Shown in pieces: positions 1 to 10,040 of a stretch of 64,000 nt of DNA. Position 1 is the first letter of the stretch. Each line of letters opens with the position of its first letter. Position numbers and translations under genes: made by a program. The stretch lies in NCBI GenBank assembly GCA_963799485.1, contig CAWCXJ010000013.1, positions 64,001-128,000 of the forward strand. The letters are read 5' to 3'. The stretch comes from an uncultured Trueperaceae bacterium (GTDB taxonomy: Bacteria; Deinococcota; Deinococci; Deinococcales; Trueperaceae). The notes beneath the pieces are model-generated. The model did not search any database, was not told where the DNA came from, and saw only the letters and a program-made list of their open reading frames with translations.

Positions 1-496
1 ACGGCACACCGGTCGTCATCGCCCCCGAGCCTGCCGCAACCAAGAGCCCGTCGGCGTGTCCGTGATAGTTCCCGGCGAACTTGACGATGTAGTCGCGTCC
101 GGTTGCGCCCCTTGCCACCCGCAGGGCGCTCATCGTCGCTTCGGTGCCCGAATTGACGAAGCGCACCCGTTCGCACCCCGGATAGCGTTTTAAGACCTCT
201 TCAGCCAAAGCAACTTCGCGGCCCGTCGGCGCGCCGAACGAAGTCCCGTCCGCCGCTGCATTTTGTACCGCCGCCACGACCGCCGGGTGCGCGTGCCCTA
301 AAATCATCGGCCCCCACGAGCCGATGGCGTCTAGATAGGTGTTGCCGTCGGCGTCGGTCAGCGTTACGCCTTTGGCCTTGGTGATAAACCGGGGTGTCCC
401 GCCAACTGAGCCGAAGGCGCGAACCGGCGAGTTGACGCCGCCCGGAATCAGCTTTGCGGCTTGGGCAAACAGGGCTTCTGAAGCGTGTGTATCCAT
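1..496 (-). CDS. hemL: Glutamate-1-semialdehyde 2,1-aminomutase, 5' part (runs off window start)
   Basis: Manual minus-strand translation from ATG at 496: [28 protein letters not shown]...GTSFGAPT...[19 protein letters not shown]...[10 protein letters not shown]; not in the ORF track. Confidence 0.95.
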   Translation of the reverse strand, partial: MDTHASEALFAQAAKLIPGGVNSPVRAFGSVGGTPRFITKAKGVTLTDADGNTYLDAIGSWGPMILGHAHPAVVAAVQNAAADGTSFGAPTGREVALAEEVLKRYPGCERVRFVNSGTEATMSALRVARGATGRDYIVKFAGNYHGHADGLLVAAGSGAMTTGVP

Positions 497-579
497 CCGC
501 TTATGCTGGCACGGCGGCGGCTCTAAAAGGGCGTGTCAGCCTACTTGAAAGGCTCGAGGGTGTGCGACCAGCTTCAAAG

Positions 580-1821
580 TCAGGTTGCTGAAGCCGGCAC
601 AATCTGACGACGCAGAAATACGAGCCCTGCTAGCCCAGCAACAACATAGGCCACACCCTGCACATTGATGACCGGCACGATGCCTAGCGGGTCGCCGAAC
701 ACCGCTGCGAGTGTAAGGCCCGCAAGGTTGAGCAGCGCCATCGTCGTTCCGTACGCCCCGAATACGCGACCCCGGTACCGGTCTTCAACGTTGATCTGAA
801 AGAGGGTAAGTAGCCCCGCCTGGAGTGCAGACACGGGAAGACCGGCCAAGGCAATCAGCAGGAGCGCGAGGGTGACGCCGGACAGAAAAAAAGGGTAGTT
901 GAAAATAACCAGGTCGATGACGCCGAGTCCAAGTGCGCCCCAGCCGAGCAGCCAAAACGGTTTGAAGCGGTCAGCAAGCCCACTTATCAGTATGCCCCCA
1001 ATGATACCGCCGACCGCCTGTGCCGACATCAGCCAACCGACCATGACCGCTTCTCCCCGCAGGACATCGGTGACGAAAGGGATAAAAAGTGCGGACATGA
1101 CTCCTTCACCGACCGAGGTGATGGCGATGATGACAAAGAGCAGCGTCACTACGCGGTTTTGTTGGACGAGTCTGAGACCCTCGAGCCACTCTCTCCACAC
1201 GCCGCTCAGCCCACTAAATACCACCGGTGACTCTGTGGGCGGTTCTGGTACTTCTGCCGGGCGAGGATTTAACCGAACAAGGGCCACACAGCCAGCAGCG
1301 ACGAGAAAAGACGCCGCGTCGAGGAGGACAACGCCTTGCAGCCCTACAAAGCCCATCACGACGCCACCCAGCGCTGGCCCAATCAGGCGTGCCAGGTTGT
1401 CGTTGAGGGCGTTGAGCGCGTTGGCTGGAGCGAGCTGAGGTTCTTCGACCACAGTCGGTAAAAATGCGTTCTCAGCCGGGATGAAAAAGCGGCTGACGGC
1501 GGCCTGTATGAAAGCGACCGGGTAGACGAGCCAGAGCCAACCAGTTGTAGGAACGAGAGCTAAAGGCAGCACCCCGGCAAACAGCAGCAGGTTCGTGACG
1601 ACCATTGTGCGTTGCCGGTTCCAGCGGTCGACGAAGATGCCTGCGACCGAACCGAGCAAGATACGGGGCACGGTTCCTACCATGAACGTCAACCCGGTCG
1701 CCAGCGTAGAACCAGTGGTTTCGTAGACATACACGGGCAGACCAATCTGGAGGGCCCAACTCCCGATCATCGAGACGAGCCCACCCCACCAGAGCAGTGC
1801 GAAGTTGCGGTTGGCAAGCAT
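580..1821 (-). CDS. MFS transporter (H+ antiporter / macrolide-efflux-like)
   Basis: NRNFALLWWGGLVS start, motif A GIFVDRWNRQR, about 12 TM segments, RGRVFG; start uncertain (ORF extends to 1950). Confidence 0.85.
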   Translation of the reverse strand: MLANRNFALLWWGGLVSMIGSWALQIGLPVYVYETTGSTLATGLTFMVGTVPRILLGSVAGIFVDRWNRQRTMVVTNLLLFAGVLPLALVPTTGWLWLVYPVAFIQAAVSRFFIPAENAFLPTVVEEPQLAPANALNALNDNLARLIGPALGGVVMGFVGLQGVVLLDAASFLVAAGCVALVRLNPRPAEVPEPPTESPVVFSGLSGVWREWLEGLRLVQQNRVVTLLFVIIAITSVGEGVMSALFIPFVTDVLRGEAVMVGWLMSAQAVGGIIGGILISGLADRFKPFWLLGWGALGLGVIDLVIFNYPFFLSGVTLALLLIALAGLPVSALQAGLLTLFQINVEDRYRGRVFGAYGTTMALLNLAGLTLAAVFGDPLGIVPVINVQGVAYVVAGLAGLVFLRRQIVPASAT

Positions 1822-1980
1822 TAAGGTAAGGGGTGGGGCGGTTGGCTTTGCGAGACTTTGAGTTGCACGTTGGGCCTGTCTCCTCCGGGCCGCATCTTGC
1901 AAACGTGCTTGGTGACGTTGGTGTGCCTCGGAGTCCCTAAACCAGCGCATGACCTTAGCGTCGGTGTTATCCTACTGCAA

Positions 1981-2652
1981 ATGAAAGACGCAAATTCAGA
2001 TAGGACGTCCAACGAAGGTTTTTGGACTGTGACCAATATAGAGCAAGCGAAACTGCTTACCGACGCTACGAGTAAAGCATTTTTCAAGCCGTTTTTAGCA
2101 AGGGAATGCACCGTAAGCCGCGCAGCTGAGGAAGTGGGTTGCAACGTCAACACCATGCTCTACCGGGTCAAGACGTTTGTCCGGGTTGGGTTACTCGAGG
2201 TCGCCCACATAGAAAAGCGGGTAGGACGGCCTATCAGGCACTACCGCTCGGTTCATGACGCGTATCTGATTCCTGATGGCGTCACGCCTTACGCCGACCT
2301 TGAAGAGCGGTTGTTAAGGCAGATTCGACCCTTTTGGGAGACGCTGATGCGGTCACTTGCCCGCGCCTACCGCGAGCGAGGTCTGGGCGGGCAGTACCTG
2401 CAACGCACCACCACAGGCGTAGTCACGACAAGCTTGGCGACCCAAGGCGAGGGAGATGGCTTAGCTGACTTCTGGTCGGCTCTGTCGCCTGTCTACTCGG
2501 ATATGACACTCGACTTGACGCCAGCAGAGGCTGAAGCACTGGCACATCGTTTGCTAAGGATTCTAGCAGAAGCATCCCAAAATATCGCTACAAAAGAGCT
2601 GAAGGGGAGTCGGCAGTACGTTTTGCAGGTCGCTCTAGTACCTTCTGAATAG
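1981..2652 (+). CDS. Winged-helix (ArsR-like) transcriptional regulator, divergent from the MFS gene
   Basis: TVSRAAEEVG..NTMLYRVKTF..GLLEV...GRPIRHY helix-turn-helix/wing pattern. Confidence 0.7.
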   Translation: MKDANSDRTSNEGFWTVTNIEQAKLLTDATSKAFFKPFLARECTVSRAAEEVGCNVNTMLYRVKTFVRVGLLEVAHIEKRVGRPIRHYRSVHDAYLIPDGVTPYADLEERLLRQIRPFWETLMRSLARAYRERGLGGQYLQRTTTGVVTTSLATQGEGDGLADFWSALSPVYSDMTLDLTPAEAEALAHRLLRILAEASQNIATKELKGSRQYVLQVALVPSE

Positions 2653-2773
2653 CTGAAAAACGATCATAGGCTAACGACCATAGACTATAGAAGCTGTGCA
2701 GCGTCTAGATCATCTTTTTGCAAGCGCGTCACATATTTGCTACCTGACGGGCTTGTTAAACTGCGCTAAACCC

Positions 2774-3664
2774 ATGGAAACCATCACTTTCATCCAGCAG
2801 CTCGCCTCCCCGACGCTCGACCATTTTTTTCGCTTGATGAGCGGGCTGGGTAGCACGAGGGCGTATATCGTGCTGCTCCTCGGCGCGTATCTGGCGCTCG
2901 ACGCCCGCTTGGGGCAGCGTCTGGGCATCTTCGTCCTGGTCGGCTTTTATCTCAACTTTCATCTCAAAGGGCTCGTCGGTACCGAAAGGCCGTTTTTAAT
3001 CGACCCGAGTGTCGCGCGTACACCCGAGGCGGTTCCGACAAGCGGGCCGGGATTTCCGAGCGGTCACGCACAGCTCAGTGTCACGTTTTGGGGCTACGCG
3101 GCGTGGTGGCTCTCGCGCCGCTGGTTTTGGGCAGTGGCGCTTCTGGTGGTCGCGCTGATTTCACTCTCGAGGCTCTACCTGGGGATGCATTTTCTCGTCG
3201 ACGTGGTGGGTGGCCTCGCTATCGGCGCGGTCTATACGGCGGCGGCAGCCTTTGCCGAACCGTTCTGGCTGAGTTTGCGGAGCGTTTCCAAACCCCTGCG
3301 GGCCGCCGTAGGCTTTTTTACGCCGCTCGCGCTGCTGCTCGCGTTGCCTCCGCCGGGCCTCGAGGCCGGCCTTATCATGGGGGCTTTGGCCGCCTTCGGC
3401 AGCGCGCCGCTGCTTATGCCCTACACGCCGCCCCAAGGTCTGTGGCGGCGTCTGCTGGTCGCTGTAATCGGGATTGCACTGGTATTTGCGGCGCTGAGCG
3501 CCTCGAGCCTGCTGCTTACCGAAGCGGTTAAACGCAGCGCGCTGGGCGGCTTTTTTCGCTACGTCTTTATCGCCTATATCGGTCTTTACCTGACGCCGTG
3601 GTTCGCGCAGGCCGTGCGGCTTGCGCCGAAACCGCTTGGGACAAACGCCGATGCGAAAAGTTAA
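2774..3664 (+). CDS. PAP2-family membrane phosphatase
   Basis: K-x6-RP, PSGH and SRLYLGMHFLVDV motifs; TM segments. Confidence 0.9.
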   Translation: METITFIQQLASPTLDHFFRLMSGLGSTRAYIVLLLGAYLALDARLGQRLGIFVLVGFYLNFHLKGLVGTERPFLIDPSVARTPEAVPTSGPGFPSGHAQLSVTFWGYAAWWLSRRWFWAVALLVVALISLSRLYLGMHFLVDVVGGLAIGAVYTAAAAFAEPFWLSLRSVSKPLRAAVGFFTPLALLLALPPPGLEAGLIMGALAAFGSAPLLMPYTPPQGLWRRLLVAVIGIALVFAALSASSLLLTEAVKRSALGGFFRYVFIAYIGLYLTPWFAQAVRLAPKPLGTNADAKS

Positions 3665-4469
3665 ATTGACGCTCGAGTACGACGGCAGCGACTTTTACGG
3701 CTGGCAAGTCCAGGCCAAAACCGGCGCGCGCAGCCCGAAGGAACGCGTTTTACGCACGGTGCAGGGAACGCTCGAGGCTGCCTTGTCCGACGTTCCCGGC
3801 GCGGTTCCCAGAGTAATGGCGGCGGGCCGTACCGACGCGGGTGTTCACGCGCTGGCGATGACCGCACACTACCTGACTGCAGACACCGTTCCTATCTCCA
3901 AAACCGCCGCCGCCTTAAACGCCCGTCTGCCCGGTGACGTGCGCGTCTTAAACGCCGAAACCGCGTCGCCGGACTTCGAAGCGCAGTTTGGCTGTCTTTA
4001 CCGCCGCTACGAATACCGTTTACGGCAACTGCACGGCGAGCGGGGTCTTGCCGGGTCGGCGCTCGAGCGTAAACGAATCCTCTTTTTGCCCCAACGCCTC
4101 GACGTGGGCGCGATGCAGGCAGCCGCGCCGCAATTTGAAGGCACCCGCGATTTTGCGGCGCTGGCAACCCAGGAGACGCGGGGGACGGTGCGAACGCTCT
4201 ACCGCTGCCGCCTGAGTATTCACGGGGCCGACCTGTGCCTGCACGTCGCCGCCGACGGCTTTTTACGCAACATGGTGCGGGCGCTCGTCGGGACGCTCCT
4301 CTGGGTCGGCGAAGGCAAGCTGAACCCTGAAGCAGTTCCGGCGCTTTTGGCGACGAAAGACCGCCGCCGGATGGGGCCGAACGTGCCGCCGCACGGTCTT
4401 TACTTTGCCGAAGCCGGGTACACGCCGTGGGTCGCCGAGCGTAGCCCTGCCGAGTCGTTTGACCGCTAG
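3651..4469 (+). CDS. truA: tRNA pseudouridine(38-40) synthase
   Basis: LEYDGSDFYGWQ, AGRTDAGVHA, FLRNMVR, PPHGLY. Confidence 0.95.
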   Translation: MRKVKLTLEYDGSDFYGWQVQAKTGARSPKERVLRTVQGTLEAALSDVPGAVPRVMAAGRTDAGVHALAMTAHYLTADTVPISKTAAALNARLPGDVRVLNAETASPDFEAQFGCLYRRYEYRLRQLHGERGLAGSALERKRILFLPQRLDVGAMQAAAPQFEGTRDFAALATQETRGTVRTLYRCRLSIHGADLCLHVAADGFLRNMVRALVGTLLWVGEGKLNPEAVPALLATKDRRRMGPNVPPHGLYFAEAGYTPWVAERSPAESFDR

Positions 4470-4529
4470 GCTCGAGCTGCGGGCTCAGAAAGTCGGGTTG
4501 CTGCCCTTCACGCTGTGACAAAATAGCTT

Positions 4530-6026
4530 ATGACAAAATATCTGCTGGTTTGGCTGGCTTTCGCCGGGGTAGCCTTTGCCCGCCCCCCCGAAGGCACGGT
4601 TTTTTACGAGATATTCGTGCGTTCGTTTCAAGACAGTAACGGCGACGGCGTTGGTGACTTGCAGGGCGCAACCGAAAGACTCGACTACCTGCAAGCTTTG
4701 GGTGTCGGCGGCGTCTGGCTGATGCCGCTCCACCCTTCACCGAGTTACCACGGCTACGACGTGACCGACTATAAAGAGGTCAATCCCGACTACGGCACGC
4801 TCTCCGACTTCAAGGCGTTTTTGGCCGCCGCTCATGAGCGCGGCATAGACGTTATTTTAGATTTGGTCGTCAACCACACCTCGTCGCAGCACCCGTGGTT
4901 TTTACAGGCCGAGGCGGGCAATCCCAAATACCGTAGATTCTACAATTTTTCCGAAACCGACCCCGGTTGGCGCGGGCTGGGCGGCCCTGCTTGGCACGAG
5001 GCCCCGGACGGCTCGTACTACCTGGGGCTTTTCTGGAGCGAGATGCCCGACCTCAACTACCGCAACCCGGCGGTGATGCGGGAGATGGAGGACGTGGCGC
5101 GGTACTGGTTAGAGTTAGGCGTAGACGGCTTCCGGGTAGACGCGGTTCAGCACATCATCGAGAGTCCAACCGGAAGCGTCGCCAACACGCCCGAGAATAT
5201 CGCGTGGGTCGGGCAGTTTGAGGACTTCATCCACTCGGTCAAGCCCGACGCCTACTTAGTCGGCGAAACCTGGACGGACACTGAAACCATCGCCCGCTAC
5301 TTTGAACGCGCCGGGCTCGACTACGCGTTTAACTATCCACTTTTTACGGCCTTGATAAACGCCGTGCAAGACCGCGACCCGGCGGGACTCGAGGCTGTAC
5401 TAACCCAGGACAAGGCGCTCTATCCGCCCACAGCGCGGCAGGCGACGTTTATCTCGAACCACGACCAGATTCGGCCCGGTACGGCGCTGGGCTTTTTACG
5501 GCGCGACGAGGCGCGGCTCAAGCTCGCTGCCGGACTCCTGTTGACCCTGCCGGGAACGCCCTTTATCTATTACGGCGAAGAACTCGGCCTGCCAAACGGC
5601 CCCGGCGACGCCGACGAGGAGAAACGCACGCCGATGCTGTGGGACGGCTCGGAAAATTTCGGCTTTACGACCGGCACGCCCTGGTACGCGTTTAGCAGCG
5701 ACGACGAAACCTTGACTGTTGCCGCTCAAGCCGCCGACCCGGACTCTGTTTTGAACTGGTACAAAAAACTCATCACTTTGCGTAAGGCGCATCCGGCACT
5801 TTTACGGGGAACGCTTACGTTGACCTCACCAGAAAACCCCGAGGTACTCGAGTTCCGCCGTAAAACCAAAGGCGAAACGGTCGTCGTTTTTGCCAACTTC
5901 GACGACGAAACCCAGATAGCTACTGCCGAGTATGCCGGAGCGACGGACTTGCTGACTGGGCAGACGGTAGGGGAGACGCTTACCTTGGGAGAGTTGGGCG
6001 TGGCGGTGCTCGAGCTTCCTGACTAG
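4530..6026 (+). CDS. Secreted GH13 alpha-amylase family glycosidase
   Basis: Signal peptide; DSNGDGVGD, YHGYDVTDY, VVNHTS, GFRVDA, VGE and SNHD catalytic motifs. Confidence 0.9.
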   Translation: MTKYLLVWLAFAGVAFARPPEGTVFYEIFVRSFQDSNGDGVGDLQGATERLDYLQALGVGGVWLMPLHPSPSYHGYDVTDYKEVNPDYGTLSDFKAFLAAAHERGIDVILDLVVNHTSSQHPWFLQAEAGNPKYRRFYNFSETDPGWRGLGGPAWHEAPDGSYYLGLFWSEMPDLNYRNPAVMREMEDVARYWLELGVDGFRVDAVQHIIESPTGSVANTPENIAWVGQFEDFIHSVKPDAYLVGETWTDTETIARYFERAGLDYAFNYPLFTALINAVQDRDPAGLEAVLTQDKALYPPTARQATFISNHDQIRPGTALGFLRRDEARLKLAAGLLLTLPGTPFIYYGEELGLPNGPGDADEEKRTPMLWDGSENFGFTTGTPWYAFSSDDETLTVAAQAADPDSVLNWYKKLITLRKAHPALLRGTLTLTSPENPEVLEFRRKTKGETVVVFANFDDETQIATAEYAGATDLLTGQTVGETLTLGELGVAVLELPD

Positions 6027-6046
6027 ACAGCCTGCGGTAAAAAGGA

Positions 6047-6385
6047 GTGTGCAGCGTGGCGTTACTAAAAGGTGTTATCAAAGAAATAGCGATGATTTTT
6101 ATCGCTGCTTGGCTTGTGCTGGGTTCCCTGGCCGTTCCGAACAAAGTCGCTGACCGGGTGGAATTGGCTCAGGTCAGGCTCGGTTATCCGGTTTGTTTTG
6201 TCGTGCAGGACTCGAGCGGCCTAGCTATCGGGTTACCGGATAGCCCTCCGTTTCCTTACCCTTTAGGCTTTGGAAGTCCCTGGGACAATCCTGCTCGGTT
6301 CTTGTGGGGCAACTTCTGGCTTTCGCTCATTTTGGTATGCGCCGCTGTAAGACTCGCGCTTTACGCACTCAACCGATACAGCTAA
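6047..6385 (+). CDS. Hypothetical small membrane protein
   Basis: AAGGAG RBS; two hydrophobic segments; GYP motif. Confidence 0.55.
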   Translation: MCSVALLKGVIKEIAMIFIAAWLVLGSLAVPNKVADRVELAQVRLGYPVCFVVQDSSGLAIGLPDSPPFPYPLGFGSPWDNPARFLWGNFWLSLILVCAAVRLALYALNRYS

Positions 6386-7197
6386 TCATGAGCGGTCTCG
6401 AGCCCCACCTCCCGCTCTTCACTTCTACTAAACCACCGCACAAACACCGTCCCGATGGCAATCAGCATGACCGTCATGTACACCACGCCCATAATCACTC
6501 CGGCAAGCTGCTGGTCTTGCATAGCCGACGTCCCAATCGCCTGCGAAGTGCGTTCGTACCACGGGTAGATCAGGCCGGTCGCAAAAGAAAAAACGCTCGA
6601 GAACGGGTTGTGCGTAAAAATCAGTACGACGAGATAGATAAGTTGCACTTTGTATGACGGGCTCGGGAGCGCGTCCGGTAGCGGATTCATTACGGGCCAC
6701 CACATCAAGACTGCTGCGCCGAAAATCGCAAAATACGTGTAGTAGTGCAGCAAATCGTTTGTAAACATCAAGGTTTTAAGCAGTGCGGGGACGTGAATAA
6801 TTAAAAAGGCCAGGTTGAAGTGGATAACATTGACGACCGGGCGCGTAAAAAACCGTAAAATCGGTTTGATGACGGGGTGGAGCGCCACGGGCGCAATCAG
6901 CCAGCCGGGAATCCCGAGTAAAAAAATTGGCGCGACGACGAAGATAACGAGCATCATCGTCAGCATGTGCGCCGAGAGCAAGAACAATTCGCCGATGGTG
7001 TGGAGCGGTGAGACGAAAATCAGCGTGAGGAGCGTCATGCTGAAGTAGAACAGCAGCGCTTTCATGGTCGGGTAGGTTTCGCCGGGAAAAAAGCGTCGCC
7101 GCAAGGGGCCGGTGCCGAGCGCGTAAAAGAGCACGGCGACGAGCGTCAGCGCTACCGGGAGGGGCTCGAGCCGCCACAAGTTCATCAAGTCGCCCAT
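6382..7197 (-). CDS. ctaG: Cytochrome c oxidase assembly protein (CtaG / Caa3_CtaG family)
   Basis: SPLH...LSAHM, WWPV and DQQLAGVIM motifs; multi-TM. Confidence 0.8.
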   Translation of the reverse strand: MGDLMNLWRLEPLPVALTLVAVLFYALGTGPLRRRFFPGETYPTMKALLFYFSMTLLTLIFVSPLHTIGELFLLSAHMLTMMLVIFVVAPIFLLGIPGWLIAPVALHPVIKPILRFFTRPVVNVIHFNLAFLIIHVPALLKTLMFTNDLLHYYTYFAIFGAAVLMWWPVMNPLPDALPSPSYKVQLIYLVVLIFTHNPFSSVFSFATGLIYPWYERTSQAIGTSAMQDQQLAGVIMGVVYMTVMLIAIGTVFVRWFSRSEEREVGLETAHD

Positions 7198-7326
7198 ACA
7201 CTATTCTACATTCTACGGTGCTGCGGGCGGGAAGTTTGTCCCCTGATTCTCGCTTGTAAAGTCGGTAAATTTTGCCGGACGTTCAGGTTCTGACCTTTAC
7301 CTTTTTGCCTCTTACACCTTCGTCTC

Positions 7327-8085
7327 CTACCCCTTCGTCTCTGTCGTTGCGGGTTCGGGTACCTCCCCCCCGTGCGCGGCGTCGCTATAATAAGCGTCGA
7401 TCTCACCGGGAATATCTGCTGTTTCGTCTACGACCTTAAAGAGTTCCAGGTCTTTTTCGCGGATGGTGCCGTGTTCCAAAAGCGTTCCCTGCAACCAATC
7501 CAGCAGTCCTTGCCAGTAGCTGCGGCCCACCAGGTAAACCGGAAACGGCAAAATCTTTTTGGTCTGAATGAGCGTCAAGGCCTCGAACAGCTCGTCGATG
7601 GTGCCGAAACCGCCCGGAAACACTACGAACGCCGAAGAATATTTGACCAGCATCACCTTACGGACGAAAAAGTAACGGAACTTCACCTCGTCGGTCTGGT
7701 ACGGGTTCGGCGCTTGCTCAAAGGGCAAATCGACGTTGAGGCCGATGCTGCGCCCGCCCGCCTCATACGCGCCCTTGTTCCCCGCCTCCATTACACCGGG
7801 GCCGCCGCCGGTTATAACGGTGTAGCCGCCCCGGGCCAAAAGCTGCGCGAGCGCTTCGGCCTGGGCGTAGTAGCGGTGGCCTTCTTTAAGGCGCGCCGAA
7901 CCGAAAATCGTCACGGCTTTGGTCACGCCGCTCATCTCTTCAAACCCTTGAACGAATTCGCCCATGATCCGAAAAAGCCGCCACGACTCACCTGCGAGCG
8001 CATCTATAACGTACTGCTGTTCGGGCCTGCCGACAATCGGCGTCGCTTGGCCTCTGGGGTTGTCCGGTCTCAGGTCATCTGGCAT
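7327..8085 (-). CDS. LOG-family (TIGR00730-like) nucleotide monophosphate nucleosidase
   Basis: IFGSAR, TGGGPGVMEA, FFVRK, PGGFGTIDE; TAGACT 5 nt before ATG 8085. Confidence 0.9.
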   Translation of the reverse strand: MPDDLRPDNPRGQATPIVGRPEQQYVIDALAGESWRLFRIMGEFVQGFEEMSGVTKAVTIFGSARLKEGHRYYAQAEALAQLLARGGYTVITGGGPGVMEAGNKGAYEAGGRSIGLNVDLPFEQAPNPYQTDEVKFRYFFVRKVMLVKYSSAFVVFPGGFGTIDELFEALTLIQTKKILPFPVYLVGRSYWQGLLDWLQGTLLEHGTIREKDLELFKVVDETADIPGEIDAYYSDAAHGGEVPEPATTETKG

Positions 8086-8116
8086 TTGCCAGTCTACCGC
8101 GCGCCGAGCCTGAAGG

Positions 8117-8755
8117 TTAATCCTCACTCACCGGATAGCGGCGGCTGCCGGTAACCGCCACAACAACGAGCAGCAGGTAAAACACGCCGACGAGACCCGC
8201 GACCACCGCGCCCGAAACCGGGCCGATAGAGGCTTCTGCAAGCGCACCCCGGCTGTCTTGATGCATCACCGTCAGCTTGCCCCACCACGCCAGAGTGAGC
8301 GCGGTGTAGACCCACAAATAGGTGCGCCGGAGCCGCCAGCCGAGCGCGGCGAGCTGCGACACGGGGCTTTCGGGTTCGCGCAGGTCGTCTAGCAGCGTCT
8401 TTTCCCAGTCCGGTTCGGGCGCGCCACCCAACGCTTCGGCGAAAAAGCCCAGCTCGAGCAACCTCACGCGTCGGTGCGCCGTCTCATAGATGCGAAACCG
8501 CCGGGCCTCGAGGTTCAAAAAAAAGAGCGTCAAGACCATCGCGAAGATAAATACGACGTGGGACACCGCCGGATTACCGAGGGCGAAGGTCACAATCCCG
8601 GCGGTGGTGACGACGGCCCAGTTGGTTGTCGTGTCGAGCCGCACCCGGTACGAGGTCATCCGGCCCAGTTCGCCGCGGTAGAGGTGAATCAGGCTGTTCG
8701 TCTCGTTGCTGTCTCTTTGAACGTCCTGGCTTTTGTCCTGAGCTGATGGCGTCAC
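8117..8755 (-). CDS. DUF2270-family membrane protein
   Basis: HLYRGELGRMTSYRVRLDTTTNWAV, EARRFR, RLRRTY. Confidence 0.85.
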   Translation of the reverse strand: MTPSAQDKSQDVQRDSNETNSLIHLYRGELGRMTSYRVRLDTTTNWAVVTTAGIVTFALGNPAVSHVVFIFAMVLTLFFLNLEARRFRIYETAHRRVRLLELGFFAEALGGAPEPDWEKTLLDDLREPESPVSQLAALGWRLRRTYLWVYTALTLAWWGKLTVMHQDSRGALAEASIGPVSGAVVAGLVGVFYLLLVVVAVTGSRRYPVSED

Positions 8756-8831
8756 GCTTACCAGTATGGCCTGCCGAGCTTTTTACTGCGAGTCTTTTAC
8801 TGTCTGTACGGACACGCGGTAAAGTAGCAGG

Positions 8832-9275
8832 GTGAACGACCGGAACCGCTACGCCTACACCCTCCGGGTTAGGCCGGACGAAATCGACGAACTCGGACAC
8901 GTGAACAACACCGTGTACCTGCGTTACGCCGAGGACGTGGCGCGGGCCCACTCGGACGCGCTCGGTCTGACCTTGAAGGTCTATAAAGAACTCGGCGTCG
9001 TACCGGTCGTGCGGCGGCACACCATCACCTACTTTCAGAGCGCGGTGTTGGGCGACGAGATAACCGTAAGCACCTGCGTCGAGGCGTTTAAGGGTGCGCG
9101 GGCCGGTCGGACGACCAAGCTGGAGCGTCAAGGCGGCGTCCTCCTTGCCGAGGTCGAAACCGAATGGGTCTGGATTACCGTAACGCGGGGCCGCCCGACG
9201 CGCGTACCGCAAAAGGTCTTGGAGGCCTTCGGGCTGGGCAACGAGGTTCACACCGGTCAGATTAAGGGTTGGTGA
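8832..9275 (+). CDS. Acyl-CoA thioesterase (hotdog, 4HBT-like)
   Basis: EIDELGHVNNTVYLRY motif. Confidence 0.88.
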   Translation: MNDRNRYAYTLRVRPDEIDELGHVNNTVYLRYAEDVARAHSDALGLTLKVYKELGVVPVVRRHTITYFQSAVLGDEITVSTCVEAFKGARAGRTTKLERQGGVLLAEVETEWVWITVTRGRPTRVPQKVLEAFGLGNEVHTGQIKGW

Positions 9276-9326
9276 AGCTTTGCTTTCAGCCCTTCTGTTA
9301 GACTGGCGGCAGTTTCTAACGGGAGG

Positions 9327-10040
9327 TTGTCCTTGCTGCGTACTTACGTTTTACCTTTGGTCTGCCTGCTGCTCTTAAGCGCCTGCGCGCCGACATTTTT
9401 GGGCCGTACCCCGACCCCGGCTGCTCCCGGCGTGCGCGAAACGAGCCTCAGCGCGGGGTATCCGTTCGGGCTGACCGAGCCGCCGCCTAGAGGTGCGGAG
9501 TACGGTGTCGACCCGGCTTACTGGCCCGTCCCCTTGCCGCTAGGCCTCCGCATCGCCTACGGCAGAAGTGAAACGTTAGAAACGAACCTCGAGCTGATGA
9601 CCATAATCGCCAGTTTTGGAGCGCGTTACGGCGTCAAAAAACGTTTTAGAGAAGCGCCTGTAGAACTCGCGTTCGATTACGGCGGCTCGCTTTACCTTTC
9701 AAATGTCGGTGTCGATGCGGGCATCTTGGCGGCTGTGCCGCTCGGAGACGCCAAACTTTACGGCGGGTTGCGCGGTTTCGGGTCTTATGCGTTTGGCAAA
9801 TATCTCGTGGGTGGCGACCTCGGGGATGAAAGCCTTAACGAATTCGGTGGTGCGGTGGCGCTGACTGTAGGTAGCGAGGTGCCCCTAAAAGCCAGTCAAA
9901 GTGTGATGCTCGAGCTGACCTTGCTCACCAATCTCTACAACGGCATTACCGACTGCGGCATTTTTGCTCCTGAAGGTTGCGTGCTTTCGTCCCAACCAGT
10001 AGGGTTCTCGCTGGTTCCGGCGGTTACGTTTAACTTCTAA
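9327..10040 (+). CDS. Hypothetical lipoprotein / outer-membrane protein
   Basis: GGAGG RBS, LSAC lipobox, beta-strand pattern, C-terminal Phe. Confidence 0.6.
   Translation: MSLLRTYVLPLVCLLLLSACAPTFLGRTPTPAAPGVRETSLSAGYPFGLTEPPPRGAEYGVDPAYWPVPLPLGLRIAYGRSETLETNLELMTIIASFGARYGVKKRFREAPVELAFDYGGSLYLSNVGVDAGILAAVPLGDAKLYGGLRGFGSYAFGKYLVGGDLGDESLNEFGGAVALTVGSEVPLKASQSVMLELTLLTNLYNGITDCGIFAPEGCVLSSQPVGFSLVPAVTFNF

Noticed and set aside
7372..8154. Long antisense or alternate-frame ORFs (also 39600-40514, 47786-48445 and others)
   Set aside because: These are shadow ORFs of well-supported genes, expected in GC-rich DNA.
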